Shown here in pieces: positions 49,899-63,052 of a stretch of DNA of 64,000 nt; position 1 is the first letter of the stretch; each line of letters starts with the position of its first letter. The position numbers and the translations under genes were made by a program. Below the pieces are notes generated by a model. The model saw only the letters and a program-made list of their open reading frames with translations, made no database searches and was not told the DNA's origin. This DNA comes from Vulcanimicrobiota bacterium (GTDB lineage: Bacteria > Vulcanimicrobiota > Vulcanimicrobiia > Vulcanimicrobiales > Vulcanimicrobiaceae), in NCBI GenBank assembly GCA_963795855.1, contig CAWCIZ010000002.1, positions 192,001-256,000 of the forward strand, given 5' to 3'.

Positions 49899-51287
49899 TT
49901 AGCATGACGAGCCGCCCGTGAGAAGGACGAAAGCATCATTCGGCCCTAGCGGCAGCGCCGGCCCGACGGGTCGCCCCATGAGGTCGCGGTACGACGGCCC
50001 CGCCGGCAGCGCAAACGTGGCGGCCGACGCCGATGCATTGACGATGGAGATGCCGCCGCTAAACCGGCGGACGTAGACGTTGGCGGCGTTCCCGACCGCG
50101 CCGCACGCGTGACCGATCGGCGCATCGTATTCCGGGTGATACTGCATGGTTCCGTACTCGTGGTTCCCGCCGGTGAACAGCAGCAAGCCGCCGTCGTTCG
50201 CCAGCAGGTACGTCGCGATCGCGTATTCGAGGCCGCGAGAATCCACGTGCGCTTCGTTCGTAAACTTGTCCACGATCATCATGCCGGTGCCGTGCTGCTG
50301 CGCGTACTGGGCGTATGCAAGTTCGTTACGAAATACTCCGCCGGCGGACGCCGTGTAGTTTCCGTAGTCGCTGAAGCCCGTTTCATCCATTACGACGTCG
50401 GTATTCTGTACGAGTTCCTGCTCGTCGGCATCGGCGAGGGAGCCGGCGGGATGGTTCACGATCAACGTCAATCCGTATTGATGCGCGATGGAACGGGCCT
50501 GCCGCACGTACTGCACGACGTCGCGCGCGTACTGCGCATCGCCCGCGCTTGCATATTCGCGCTCGAACGTGCCGCCGTGCCAGCTTCCGCAGCCGTACTC
50601 GCCGTTCGCGACCCGCTGATGGAAATTCGGATTGCCGCCGTGATAGATGTTCCAAAAGACGACTTGGTCGATCGCGAGCGCGTTGTATCCTGCGGCCTTC
50701 GCATGCTGCGCCATCGTTTGCACTTGATATGCCACCGCGGCAGGATTATGGATATCGATCGGCACGTCCGGCACGTTGATTCCGCTCATGTACGCGACGT
50801 CGTGCGTGGCCGACCCCGAAGCCGAACAGGCGTAAAGGATCCAATCCGGATGATTTTGCTGCCACCACGAAAAGTCGCGTCCCGTGATGCTGTGTTGATC
50901 CAAACCCATGATGAAATACTGCGACACGAGTGCAGCAGGATGCTGCGCGGTCCATGCACTCGGTTCCATGGCGCCCCACACGGCATCTATGCGCGAGCCG
51001 TGCGCACGAATCTGCGAGTCCGGTATGTAGCCCGCATGAAAGTCGAAGACTTGGAAAAGGCCGATGCGTCCGCGCGTATCCGGAACGCGTGTCGATCCCG
51101 AAGTGCCGGGCGCCGGTGAGGATGCCGGACCAGCACTCGGTGCGGAGGTGGGATTCGATGCATGCGGTGCGCCCGGCACAACGGGAACGACTCCCGGCGC
51201 CGAAACGGATCCGCCGCCTCCCCCGCAAGCGACGAATAAAAAACAGAGTGCGCATGCGACGAAAAGGCGAGTGTGTCGCACCGCCAC
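49899..51287 (-). CDS. Lipoprotein with a putative glycoside hydrolase-like TIM barrel
   Basis: FVACGGGG lipobox; Pro/Ser linker; NHPDWILY, GYNALAID, YAIATYLL, YVRRFSGGISIVN. Confidence 0.65.
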   Translation of the reverse strand: MAVRHTRLFVACALCFLFVACGGGGGSVSAPGVVPVVPGAPHASNPTSAPSAGPASSPAPGTSGSTRVPDTRGRIGLFQVFDFHAGYIPDSQIRAHGSRIDAVWGAMEPSAWTAQHPAALVSQYFIMGLDQHSITGRDFSWWQQNHPDWILYACSASGSATHDVAYMSGINVPDVPIDIHNPAAVAYQVQTMAQHAKAAGYNALAIDQVVFWNIYHGGNPNFHQRVANGEYGCGSWHGGTFEREYASAGDAQYARDVVQYVRQARSIAHQYGLTLIVNHPAGSLADADEQELVQNTDVVMDETGFSDYGNYTASAGGVFRNELAYAQYAQQHGTGMMIVDKFTNEAHVDSRGLEYAIATYLLANDGGLLLFTGGNHEYGTMQYHPEYDAPIGHACGAVGNAANVYVRRFSGGISIVNASASAATFALPAGPSYRDLMGRPVGPALPLGPNDAFVLLTGGSSC

Positions 51288-51337
51288 ATCTAACCGCGCG
51301 ACGCGAATCGCTCACAGTGGGAGAAGTCCCGCTCGCG

Positions 51338-51943
51338 CTAGGAAGAACGGACCTGCCTCGCTTGGAAGGGCTGCAATAACCGGCGCATGGTGAGCGCGTG
51401 AAAGTGCGGATGCAGCGGGCGCCGCCAGGTCGGGCGCCACGGCCGTGAAGGAAGTGCGGCAACGAGCTCCCGCTCGCGTTCGTGAGCTTCCGGGCGGCAG
51501 CTCGGCCAATCGAACTGCGCGAGTTCCGCATAGCATCCGCGAAACCGTTTGAACCACGATTTCGGAAACCACAGTAACGACGGCGAAGTCAAATCTTCCA
51601 AGCCGAACGCGCGCAGCACGTCGTACGCGTCGTCTTCGCAGTTGCGATGCAGCACGTGATAGGCTTCATGCTCGATCCACAGCGCGGTTCGATACGCCAA
51701 ACGCGGGTTGGCGTTTTCGATCTCGACCCATTTGATTGCGTCGTAACCGCGGCTGCGCATTTGCATGACCGGATCGCTGAAGCATCCGTTCCAGTAGCCC
51801 ATTTTACTCGCCGGCGTAAAAATGTGCCCGCTGTGATTTTCAACCGACCCGGCGTCAACCAAGCCCGCACTAACTTCGAACGCCCATCCTACGTGGCCGA
51901 AACCGTCACCGCTATGGAATCGAATGAATACGCCCGCTCGCAT
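51338..51943 (-). CDS. Hypothetical protein with a permuted papain-like His...Asn-Cys motif
   Basis: FGHVGWAF near the N-terminus and YHVLHRNCEDDAYDVL downstream. Confidence 0.55.
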   Translation of the reverse strand: MRAGVFIRFHSGDGFGHVGWAFEVSAGLVDAGSVENHSGHIFTPASKMGYWNGCFSDPVMQMRSRGYDAIKWVEIENANPRLAYRTALWIEHEAYHVLHRNCEDDAYDVLRAFGLEDLTSPSLLWFPKSWFKRFRGCYAELAQFDWPSCRPEAHERERELVAALPSRPWRPTWRRPLHPHFHALTMRRLLQPFQARQVRSS

Positions 51944-51981
51944 CGTGGTAATAGTTACCATCCGCGACCGGAGGGAAACGC

Positions 51982-54105
51982 GTGCGTCTGAGTCTCATCG
52001 CCGTCGCCTTTTCACTACTTTTCGCCGGCTGCGCGGGCGGCAACGGCGGTTCCCAAAGTACGTCGACGCAAACGACGACGACGACGCAAACGACGACCGC
52101 GCAACCGCCGCCCGCAACCGAGGCGTCCGGCGCATCGGCGCCGGACGATTGGGTGCTGCCGGGCAAGACGTACGCGTTCAACCGCTACGCCGCTTTCACC
52201 GGCATCACGCCGCAGAACGTCGGCGGTTTGCGCAAAGCGTGGGTAACTCAGCTTGCGGACGACGGAGAACAGGAGTCCTCGCCAATCGTTTCCGGCGGAA
52301 CGATGTACATCGCAACGCCGCACGACAACGTGCTGGCGCTCGACGCGCGCACGGGCGCAGTGAAGTGGGCGTTTCCGTACAAACCGGCCTACGTGCTCGC
52401 GTACGCCGTGAATCGCGGCGTCGGTCTGGACCGCGGGAAAGTATTCATCGGTACGCAGGACTGCCGCGTCATCGCGCTCGACGCGGCGAGCGGCAAGCAA
52501 CTATGGAACGTTCTGGGCTGCCACGGACAAACCGGCCCCGAATCGACCGAAAACAGCTGGTATTCCAGCGCGGCGTATCCGTACGCTGGAGCCGTGTACA
52601 TCGGCACGTCGGGCGGTGACTTCGGCGACGTCGGCATCGTAAGCGCGTTCGATGAAAATACCGGCAAGCGGCTCTGGGATTGGCACACGGTTCCGAACCC
52701 GGGCGATCCGAACTTCGGCACGTGGCCGGGACAGTCGTGGAAGCACGGCGGCGCGGCGGTTTGGGCGGGGATGGCGTTCGATCCCGCGGCAAAGATGCTT
52801 TACGTTGCGCCCGGTAACGCCGGGCCGAATCTTTCCCTGGTCGGACGCAAAGGCCGCGATCTGTACTCCGATTCGGTCGTCGCGCTAAACCTCGCATCCG
52901 GCGCACCGAAAGTCGCTTGGTACTACCAGCTGCTGCAAAACGACACGCACGATGCGGATCCGGCGATGCCGCCGGTGCTGTTCGACGCAACGGTCTCCGG
53001 AAAATCCCGCGCGCTGCTCGCCGTCGCCGACAAGGACGGCAATTTCGTCATTTTAGATCGCGCCGACGGAAGCGTGGTGTACCGCATGCCGGTCAGCAAA
53101 CAGCAGAACATCTTGGGTTTGCCGACTACTTCGGGCACGTTTGCGTGCCCGAATCACGGGGGCGGCGTCGAATGGAACGGCGGCAGTTACGATCCGCAAA
53201 CGAATTATTTCATCATTCCCAGCACGCAAGAGTGCGCGCAGTGGAAGGTGACGACGACGGGTGCAGTGCCGTACGTTCCGGGCCAGCCTTTCAGCGCGGG
53301 GCCGCTGCCGAAACGGCAAAAGGCGACGGGCCTCATCACGGCGATCGACATGCGAACCGGGAAGGTGGCATGGCAGCGCGCCGTTCCGTATCCGGCACAA
53401 GGCGGCGTGACGATCGCGTCGTCGGGGATTGCGTTCACCAGCGATGCGGGCGGCCGCATTTACGCGTTGGATCCCAAGACGGGACGCGAGTTGTGGCACG
53501 ACGACACCGGATCGTCCATCGTCGATTCGCTCAGCCTCTACCGGGTCGCGGGACGTCCGTACCTCGTCACCATTGCCGGACAAGGCGGCAATCAGCACAC
53601 GCCGAATCTGCCGCCCACGCACGGCAGTGAAGTCGTGGCGTATTCGCTCGACGTGACGCAGATGCAGACGAACGGCACCGCGAATCAGCCCTCGCCCGCG
53701 CCGACCGGTTCCGAACGCACGGAAAGCGGACAAACCGCGGGAAGCGGCGCTTCCGCACCGTACACTCCGGCTCAGGCCGCTGCGGGCGCGGCGATTTTCT
53801 CGAAGAATTGCTCGTCGTGTCACGGGGCACATCTGCAAGGCGTTTCGGCGCCTGCACTGACGGGAGCATCGTTCGCGCATGCAAATCTGACGATTTCGCA
53901 AATGCGTGCAATCGTAACCACGCAGATGCCGCTCGGCGCACCAGGTTCGCTTTCACCTCAGCAGTACGCCGCCGTCATGGCGTACCTGCTGCAATACGAC
54001 TGCATTTCGCCGAGCAACAACGGCAAGACGCCGTTCCCGACGCACGACGAACCGGCGCTTGCGAAAATCACAGTGACCGGCGCGACGTGCCCGTCCGCGC
54101 ATTGA
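51982..54105 (+). CDS. PQQ-dependent dehydrogenase lipoprotein with C-terminal cytochrome c
   Basis: FAGC lipobox; ALDARTGAVKW propeller repeats; GGAAVW, CPNHGGGVEW; CSSCH heme motif, MPLGAPGSL. Confidence 0.9.
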   Translation: MRLSLIAVAFSLLFAGCAGGNGGSQSTSTQTTTTTQTTTAQPPPATEASGASAPDDWVLPGKTYAFNRYAAFTGITPQNVGGLRKAWVTQLADDGEQESSPIVSGGTMYIATPHDNVLALDARTGAVKWAFPYKPAYVLAYAVNRGVGLDRGKVFIGTQDCRVIALDAASGKQLWNVLGCHGQTGPESTENSWYSSAAYPYAGAVYIGTSGGDFGDVGIVSAFDENTGKRLWDWHTVPNPGDPNFGTWPGQSWKHGGAAVWAGMAFDPAAKMLYVAPGNAGPNLSLVGRKGRDLYSDSVVALNLASGAPKVAWYYQLLQNDTHDADPAMPPVLFDATVSGKSRALLAVADKDGNFVILDRADGSVVYRMPVSKQQNILGLPTTSGTFACPNHGGGVEWNGGSYDPQTNYFIIPSTQECAQWKVTTTGAVPYVPGQPFSAGPLPKRQKATGLITAIDMRTGKVAWQRAVPYPAQGGVTIASSGIAFTSDAGGRIYALDPKTGRELWHDDTGSSIVDSLSLYRVAGRPYLVTIAGQGGNQHTPNLPPTHGSEVVAYSLDVTQMQTNGTANQPSPAPTGSERTESGQTAGSGASAPYTPAQAAAGAAIFSKNCSSCHGAHLQGVSAPALTGASFAHANLTISQMRAIVTTQMPLGAPGSLSPQQYAAVMAYLLQYDCISPSNNGKTPFPTHDEPALAKITVTGATCPSAH

Positions 54106-55024
54106 GCAGCCGGCGCCAAGCGTCTGCTTCACGCGCCGGATCGACGAGCGCGCGCCGGCGTTCGCATGCGCTGCGCAGCCGTTCGTAAAACGGGCGCGAT
54201 TCGGCTGCTCGAACGATAAGGCGCGCAAGCCCTTGCGTGTCGCCGGCATCGTATAGCCCCGGATAGCGCCGGCCAAGTATGCCGAGGTTCCCGCCGATGC
54301 GCGAAGCAAGAACGGGCGTGCCGCATGCGAGCGCTTCACAGACGGTGTTGGCGCCGCCTTCGATACGCGATGATTGCACGAGCAGATCGCATCGCGCCAA
54401 AAGCGCTAGCGCTTTTCGATGCGTTAGTTCACCCAAGTACCGATACCGCGCGTTGCTCTGCATTTCGCGTTCCGCGAGCCGTTCGAAGCGCGGCGCGAGC
54501 GCCCGTCCGGCGTGCAACACGTCGATTTGCAATTTCGCGTCGACGGTTCTGACCGCGTATGCGGCGCGCATCGGATCCTTTTCCGCGCGCAAATGACCGA
54601 TGACGCAAACGCGCAGCGCGCGCGCGTTATTGCGGCCGGTATGCCGCCGCCGCGGCGACGACTGCACGATCGCATGCGCCTTCATCCGCAGGCGCGGCGG
54701 CAATTCGCGCAGCGCATCCGGCTGCAGGACGACCAGCGTCGAGGCAGCCTCCAGCGCGCGCTTGGCCACTACGCTTCGCTTCAGGTCGCGGTACACGTCG
54801 GTGCCCGTCAGCACAAGGATGATGCGGCGCAGCGGATAAGCGGCACGGTATGCCAGGACGCTTTTCGCGCTCTTGCGCGCATGCAACGCCACGAGGCACG
54901 CGGCGTCTTCGTTTGCGAATGCAGGCGAGATCCGCACGCGCAGGCCCAGCATGCGAAAAAGACGCGCGTAGCGCTGCGCCGTTATGGTGTTCCCAGCACT
55001 TGCAACGGGCGAGGAAGGCGACAC
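54068..55024 (-). CDS. senB: Selenosugar synthase SenB-like glycosyltransferase; start uncertain (55024 or up to 55147)
   Basis: GNTITAQRY, VALHARKSA, LVLTGTDVYRD, VIGHLRAEKDP, SSRIEGGAN, GNLGILG..YPG. Confidence 0.8.
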   Translation of the reverse strand: MSPSSPVASAGNTITAQRYARLFRMLGLRVRISPAFANEDAACLVALHARKSAKSVLAYRAAYPLRRIILVLTGTDVYRDLKRSVVAKRALEAASTLVVLQPDALRELPPRLRMKAHAIVQSSPRRRHTGRNNARALRVCVIGHLRAEKDPMRAAYAVRTVDAKLQIDVLHAGRALAPRFERLAEREMQSNARYRYLGELTHRKALALLARCDLLVQSSRIEGGANTVCEALACGTPVLASRIGGNLGILGRRYPGLYDAGDTQGLARLIVRAAESRPFYERLRSACERRRALVDPAREADAWRRLLNARTGTSRRSL

Positions 55025-55025
55025 G

Positions 55026-56240
55026 ATGAGTACGGTTCTTTTGGAACTCGGTTTGGACGAACTGCGCGACGCGCGAGGACGAACGCTCGCCTTGGTGGCG
55101 GATCTCTCCGACGAACAATTGATCGTGCCGATGCTCGAAACCATCAACCCGATCTTATGGGAAATCGGCCACGTTGCCTACTTTGCCGAATTTTGGACGC
55201 TTCGTCACCTCTTCGGCGACTCGCCCATCTTGCCGAATGCGGACGCACTGTACGATTCGGCGAGGATTCCGCACGACGACCGTTGGACGCTGCCGCTGCC
55301 GAATCGCGCAGCGACGCTGGAATTCATGCGCACGCAAATCGAGCGTTTGCGCGAACGGGCGCAGGACGCTTCCGGCTTGCCCGGGTTGGCCTACTTTTGC
55401 GGACTAGCGCTCTACCATGAAGACATGCATGCCGAGGCGCTCGTGTATACGCGTCAAACGCTGGGCTATGCCATGCCGTTCCCGAAGTCGCACGAAATCG
55501 GCGCGATTGCTTGCGCGGCGCACGGCGATGCGCACGTTCCCGGTGGGACGTACCATATCGGCAGCGGCCGCGGTGACGGATTCGTCTTCGACAATGAAAA
55601 ATGGGCGCACGAGGTACGGCTCGACCCGTTCGACATTTCGCGCGCGCCGGTGACGAACGCAGAATTCGCGGAATTCGTGAGGGAGGGCGGATATCGCCGC
55701 GACGAGTTTTGGTCGGGCGAAGGCCTGCAGTGGCGTGTAGTCTCAGGAGCGGAACATCCGGTTCATTGGCAGGACGGCGCGCGCCGTCATTTCGACCGGC
55801 TCGTTCCGCTGCGCGACCGGGAGCCGGTCGTGCACGTCAACTACTTCGAAGCCGAAGCGTATTGCGCGTGGGCCGGCCGGCGACTCCCCTCCGAGGCGGA
55901 GTGGGAAGTTGCAGCTGCGGGATCGCGCACCGCGGGCAATCTCGACGGACGGTGCGGCGACGTGTGCGACGTGGACCTATTCGCGGACGCAGAGAGCACG
56001 TACGGCTGCCGGCAAATGATCGGCAACGTCTGGGAGTGGACTTCGAGCCCGTTCGGGCCATATCCAGGGTTCGCGGCCGATCCATACAAAGAGTATTCGG
56101 AGCCATGGTTCGGCACGCATTACGTCCTGCGGGGCGGTGCATGGCCGACGCGCTCGCGACTGATAACGACTCGCCGCCGCAATTTCTACCGGCCGCATCG
56201 CCGGGACGTCATCGCCGGTTTCCGCACCGTGAAGAAATAG
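55026..56240 (+). CDS. senA: Selenoneine synthase SenA-like (EgtB family; DinB_2 + FGE-sulfatase domains)
   Basis: INPILWEIGHVAYFAEFW, LYDSARIPHDDRWTLPLP, HEDMHAEA, GFVFDNEKWAH, RLPSEAEWE, GNVWEWT; GAGGAAGG RBS; adjacent to senB. Confidence 0.8.
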   Translation: MSTVLLELGLDELRDARGRTLALVADLSDEQLIVPMLETINPILWEIGHVAYFAEFWTLRHLFGDSPILPNADALYDSARIPHDDRWTLPLPNRAATLEFMRTQIERLRERAQDASGLPGLAYFCGLALYHEDMHAEALVYTRQTLGYAMPFPKSHEIGAIACAAHGDAHVPGGTYHIGSGRGDGFVFDNEKWAHEVRLDPFDISRAPVTNAEFAEFVREGGYRRDEFWSGEGLQWRVVSGAEHPVHWQDGARRHFDRLVPLRDREPVVHVNYFEAEAYCAWAGRRLPSEAEWEVAAAGSRTAGNLDGRCGDVCDVDLFADAESTYGCRQMIGNVWEWTSSPFGPYPGFAADPYKEYSEPWFGTHYVLRGGAWPTRSRLITTRRRNFYRPHRRDVIAGFRTVKK

Positions 56241-56248
56241 GAGCACAC

Positions 56249-57328
56249 GTGTCCGCCTCGCCGCTTACGCTCGAACGCGATCGCAACGCGAAAACCGTCT
56301 TCTGGGGCATCTTCATCACCGCCGTGATCTTTGCGGCGGGACTTTTCATCGTGAAGTGGTCGCCGTACTGGCATAAAGCGCACGTGGCTGCGTCCACGCA
56401 CGCCATCGGCTACTCCATCGTCAGCGGTAAAAGCATTCAGCCCGAAGCCGTCGGCCTGCACGCGGCGTGGTCGTACACGCTCGCGTACTTCAAAGCGGTG
56501 TGGGAAGCGGTCGCGCTCGCGCTGCTCCTCGGCGCGTCCGTGCAAGCATTCGTGCCGCGTGCTTGGCTGCTGCGCGCCATCGGAAAAGCGTCGCCGCAAT
56601 CCGCGGCAGTCGCTGCAGCAGGTTCCATGACGACGATGATGTGCACGTGCTGCACCGGTCCAATCGTGGTCGGTCTGCGCCGCCAGGCCGTTGCCGCGGG
56701 AAGCGCGCTCGCGTTTTTCCTCGGGAATCCCGTCCTCAATCCCGCGACGCTGATCTTCATCGGTTTCGTGCTGGGCTGGCAATTCGTAACGTTGCGCATC
56801 GTCCTCGGACTGATTCTGGTCTTTTCCGTTGCGATGATTGCGAACGCGATGGCGGGCGAAAGTCCGCGAACGCCGCAAGTCGAGCTTTCGGCGGTCGAAT
56901 CGCAGCCGCACACGTTCGGGGCGATGTTCAAGGCGTGGCTGCGGGAACTCTGGATCGAGGCATACACGATTCTGCCCGGGTACATCATCATCGTCTTCAT
57001 CGTCGGCGGCGTTCGCGCGTGGCTTTTCCCGCCCGGACTCGCGCTGCACGCGTCGGGAATCGCTTCCGTCGTCGGGCTCTCGCTGCTCGGCACGATTTTC
57101 GTGATTCCGACCGCCGGCGAAGTACCGATCATTCAAACACTCATGCATGCGGGCATGGGCACCGGGCCTGCCGCCGCATTGCTGATGACGCTTCCGGCCG
57201 TCAGCGCGCCGTCGCTCTACATCGTGCGCAACGTTTTTTCTGCGCGCGCGCTCGGTATGACCGCGGCGGCGGTGTTCGTCTGCGGCATCGTCGCAGGCGT
57301 TATTGCGATGCTGTCCATGCACGCGTAA
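56249..57328 (+). CDS. DUF318/YraQ-like permease
   Basis: MMCTCCTGP, GNPVLNPATL, FVIPTAGEVPI, TLPAVSAPSL; AGGAG RBS before GTG. Confidence 0.85.
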   Translation: MSASPLTLERDRNAKTVFWGIFITAVIFAAGLFIVKWSPYWHKAHVAASTHAIGYSIVSGKSIQPEAVGLHAAWSYTLAYFKAVWEAVALALLLGASVQAFVPRAWLLRAIGKASPQSAAVAAAGSMTTMMCTCCTGPIVVGLRRQAVAAGSALAFFLGNPVLNPATLIFIGFVLGWQFVTLRIVLGLILVFSVAMIANAMAGESPRTPQVELSAVESQPHTFGAMFKAWLRELWIEAYTILPGYIIIVFIVGGVRAWLFPPGLALHASGIASVVGLSLLGTIFVIPTAGEVPIIQTLMHAGMGTGPAAALLMTLPAVSAPSLYIVRNVFSARALGMTAAAVFVCGIVAGVIAMLSMHA

Positions 57329-57335
57329 AGCACGT

Positions 57336-58194
57336 ATGCCGATCGATCCGTACGCGATCTTCGAGCGGGCGCGCGAAGCGTGGGCGATGCAGCGCTATCC
57401 GGCCGTGGTGGCGTACACGGTCGACGTCTCGGCGACGCCTGCGGACGGCGCGCCGGCGGAGCGTCATTACCACGAGTACTGGTCGGCATCCACCGGCCGG
57501 GTGTTCATTAAGCCGCCGATCAGCGACGAGCAACTCGAGCATCCGTATAAGCCGTCGCCCGGCGTGAATTTCATGGGCTGGAATATCGGCGGACCGAAGG
57601 CCGGAGGCGGCGCGACGGACTTCATCGGACCGCCGCTTCTCGCACCGAATTACAGTTTCGGCGTCAGCCCGTACGTGCCGCCCTCGCAACTCACCCCGGC
57701 GCAAATCGTCGAGCAGATTCGCCGCGACTACCACGATCCCGCGCCCGCAAAAATCAATGCGCTCGAGCAGAAATACGGCCTGAAGACGATCGCGCTGGTA
57801 ACCAGCTCCCGCGCGCGCCTATCGTATATCGCTGGTGGGCATCGAGGGCGGCGACTACGGCCGCACCTATCATCTCTCCCTCCAACCCGTGGAGGATCCG
57901 CTCAAATACCGCCTGCGCGACCTGTGGGTAAACGCGTCCACGTATGTAACGGAACGCGCGCGCATCGGCGCCAATTTTACCGATGCCGCGACCGAAAAGG
58001 TGCCGTGGACGGTGCGCTTTCAGCAAATCGACGGCGCGACGTACATTGCGAAGGAATTTGCGGAACAGCCCATCGTCGGCTATCACGGACTGATGTATTC
58101 GCGATACAGCGTTTCGTTCGGCGTACCGTCTGCGGGCGCGCTGCCGGCATATGCGCAGATTACGTCGCTGAGCGAGCCGCTGGAGGAACCGTAG
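57336..58194 (+). CDS. Hypothetical protein, paralog of 22909-23875 (frameshift near 57815)
   Basis: DPYAIFERAREAWAMQRYP, P.LAPNYSFG, LKTIALVTS, YHLSLQP...RLRDLWV...NFT...VPWTVRF...GATYIAKE. Confidence 0.7.
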
Positions 58195-58209
58195 CGTTCG
58201 GCGCAGATG

Positions 58210-58241
58210 GAAAAGGGCGGCGCTGTTGCGCCGCCCTTTTC
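58210..58241. terminator. Bidirectional intrinsic terminator downstream of rpoC
   Basis: Perfect 14-bp stem GAAAAGGGCGGCGC-tgtt-GCGCCGCCCTTTTC. Confidence 0.9.
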
Positions 58242-58251
58242 GTTTCACCGG

Positions 58252-62043
<3,792 letters not shown>

Positions 62044-62181
62044 GTGTACCTGTCAAAAGCCGAGGTGCGCTCGGAACCGCAGCCTACGCAGGACGCACAC
62101 GCTCACGTTGTCGTAAGGGGGTCCACCGCCGCTGCTGGTCCGCCGTCTCGCCGCGGACGGCGAGGCGGGGCACAGACCGCT

Positions 62182-62210
62182 ATTGTACCTCTATGCGCGC
62201 GGCGAAACAA
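62182..62210 (-). promoter_or_regulatory. Candidate sigma70 promoter for rpoC (TTGTTT-N17-TACAAT)
   Basis: -10 TACAAT at 62187-62182 and -35 TTGTTT at 62210-62205, with a 17-nt spacer. Confidence 0.6.
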
Positions 62211-62252
62211 CCCTTGCGTGCAGGCCGTACATGCCGCTGGAGGGGTCAGACG

Positions 62253-62972
62253 ATGAAGAGACTGCTTGCCGCACTTGGAACGGCTGCCTTGCTGGCGGTC
62301 GCAGCCTTGCCCGCGTATGCCGCCGACGCCTATCAGCGCACGTTCGATTCCACGGTTCAGCCTGGCGGCGCGACCGCGCTAGAGATCGCCGGCCAGAACG
62401 GCAACGTTCGGGCTTACGGCGACGGCGGGACGACGATACGCGTGCACGCGGAGCTGAAGGCGAAGACCGCGGACGCGGCGCGCACGATGGACGTCCGAGT
62501 CAGCCGCGACGGCAATGCCGTGCGCATCGAGAGCCGGTGCGGCGCGCGGCGCAGCGTGCTTTTGTTTTGGTCCTTCTCCGCTTGCGACGTCGAGTACACG
62601 ATCCGCTACCCGCGCGCGCTGGCGCTCGCCCTTCATAGCGAGAACGGGAACGTCGACATCGACGGCCCCGGCGCGCCGGTCTCCGTCGCGATATCGAACG
62701 GCAACGTCAACGTAGCGAATGCGGGCGCCGACGTCAGTTCGACCGGTAAAAACGGCAACGTCGACGTCTCGCTCGCGAACGGCTGGCGAGGCAACGCAAT
62801 CTCGCTGACGACGCACGCCGGCAACGTGAATTTGCGTATCCCGGCCACGTTTGCGGGACGCCTGAACGCGCACACGCGCTTTGGGAACATCGACGGCGCA
62901 AACTACCTGCACGGCGGCCGCGTCGTCGTCACCGCATCCACGACCTTCGGGAACGTCGTCATATCACGCTAA
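62253..62972 (+). CDS. DUF4097-family beta-strand repeat (adhesin-like) secreted protein
   Basis: Signal peptide AYA; repeated NGNV turns; GGAGGGG RBS. Confidence 0.8.
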   Translation: MKRLLAALGTAALLAVAALPAYAADAYQRTFDSTVQPGGATALEIAGQNGNVRAYGDGGTTIRVHAELKAKTADAARTMDVRVSRDGNAVRIESRCGARRSVLLFWSFSACDVEYTIRYPRALALALHSENGNVDIDGPGAPVSVAISNGNVNVANAGADVSSTGKNGNVDVSLANGWRGNAISLTTHAGNVNLRIPATFAGRLNAHTRFGNIDGANYLHGGRVVVTASTTFGNVVISR

Positions 62973-63052
62973 TCGTTTTACATAAGGTAACATCGCCGTA
63001 ACATCGGCACGCTTCGACGACTTGGACCGCCGAATGGGGCGCCTAGATGGCG

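Noticed and set aside
52066..52100. ACG-rich repeat
   Set aside because: Encodes the Thr-rich linker of the PQQ lipoprotein.
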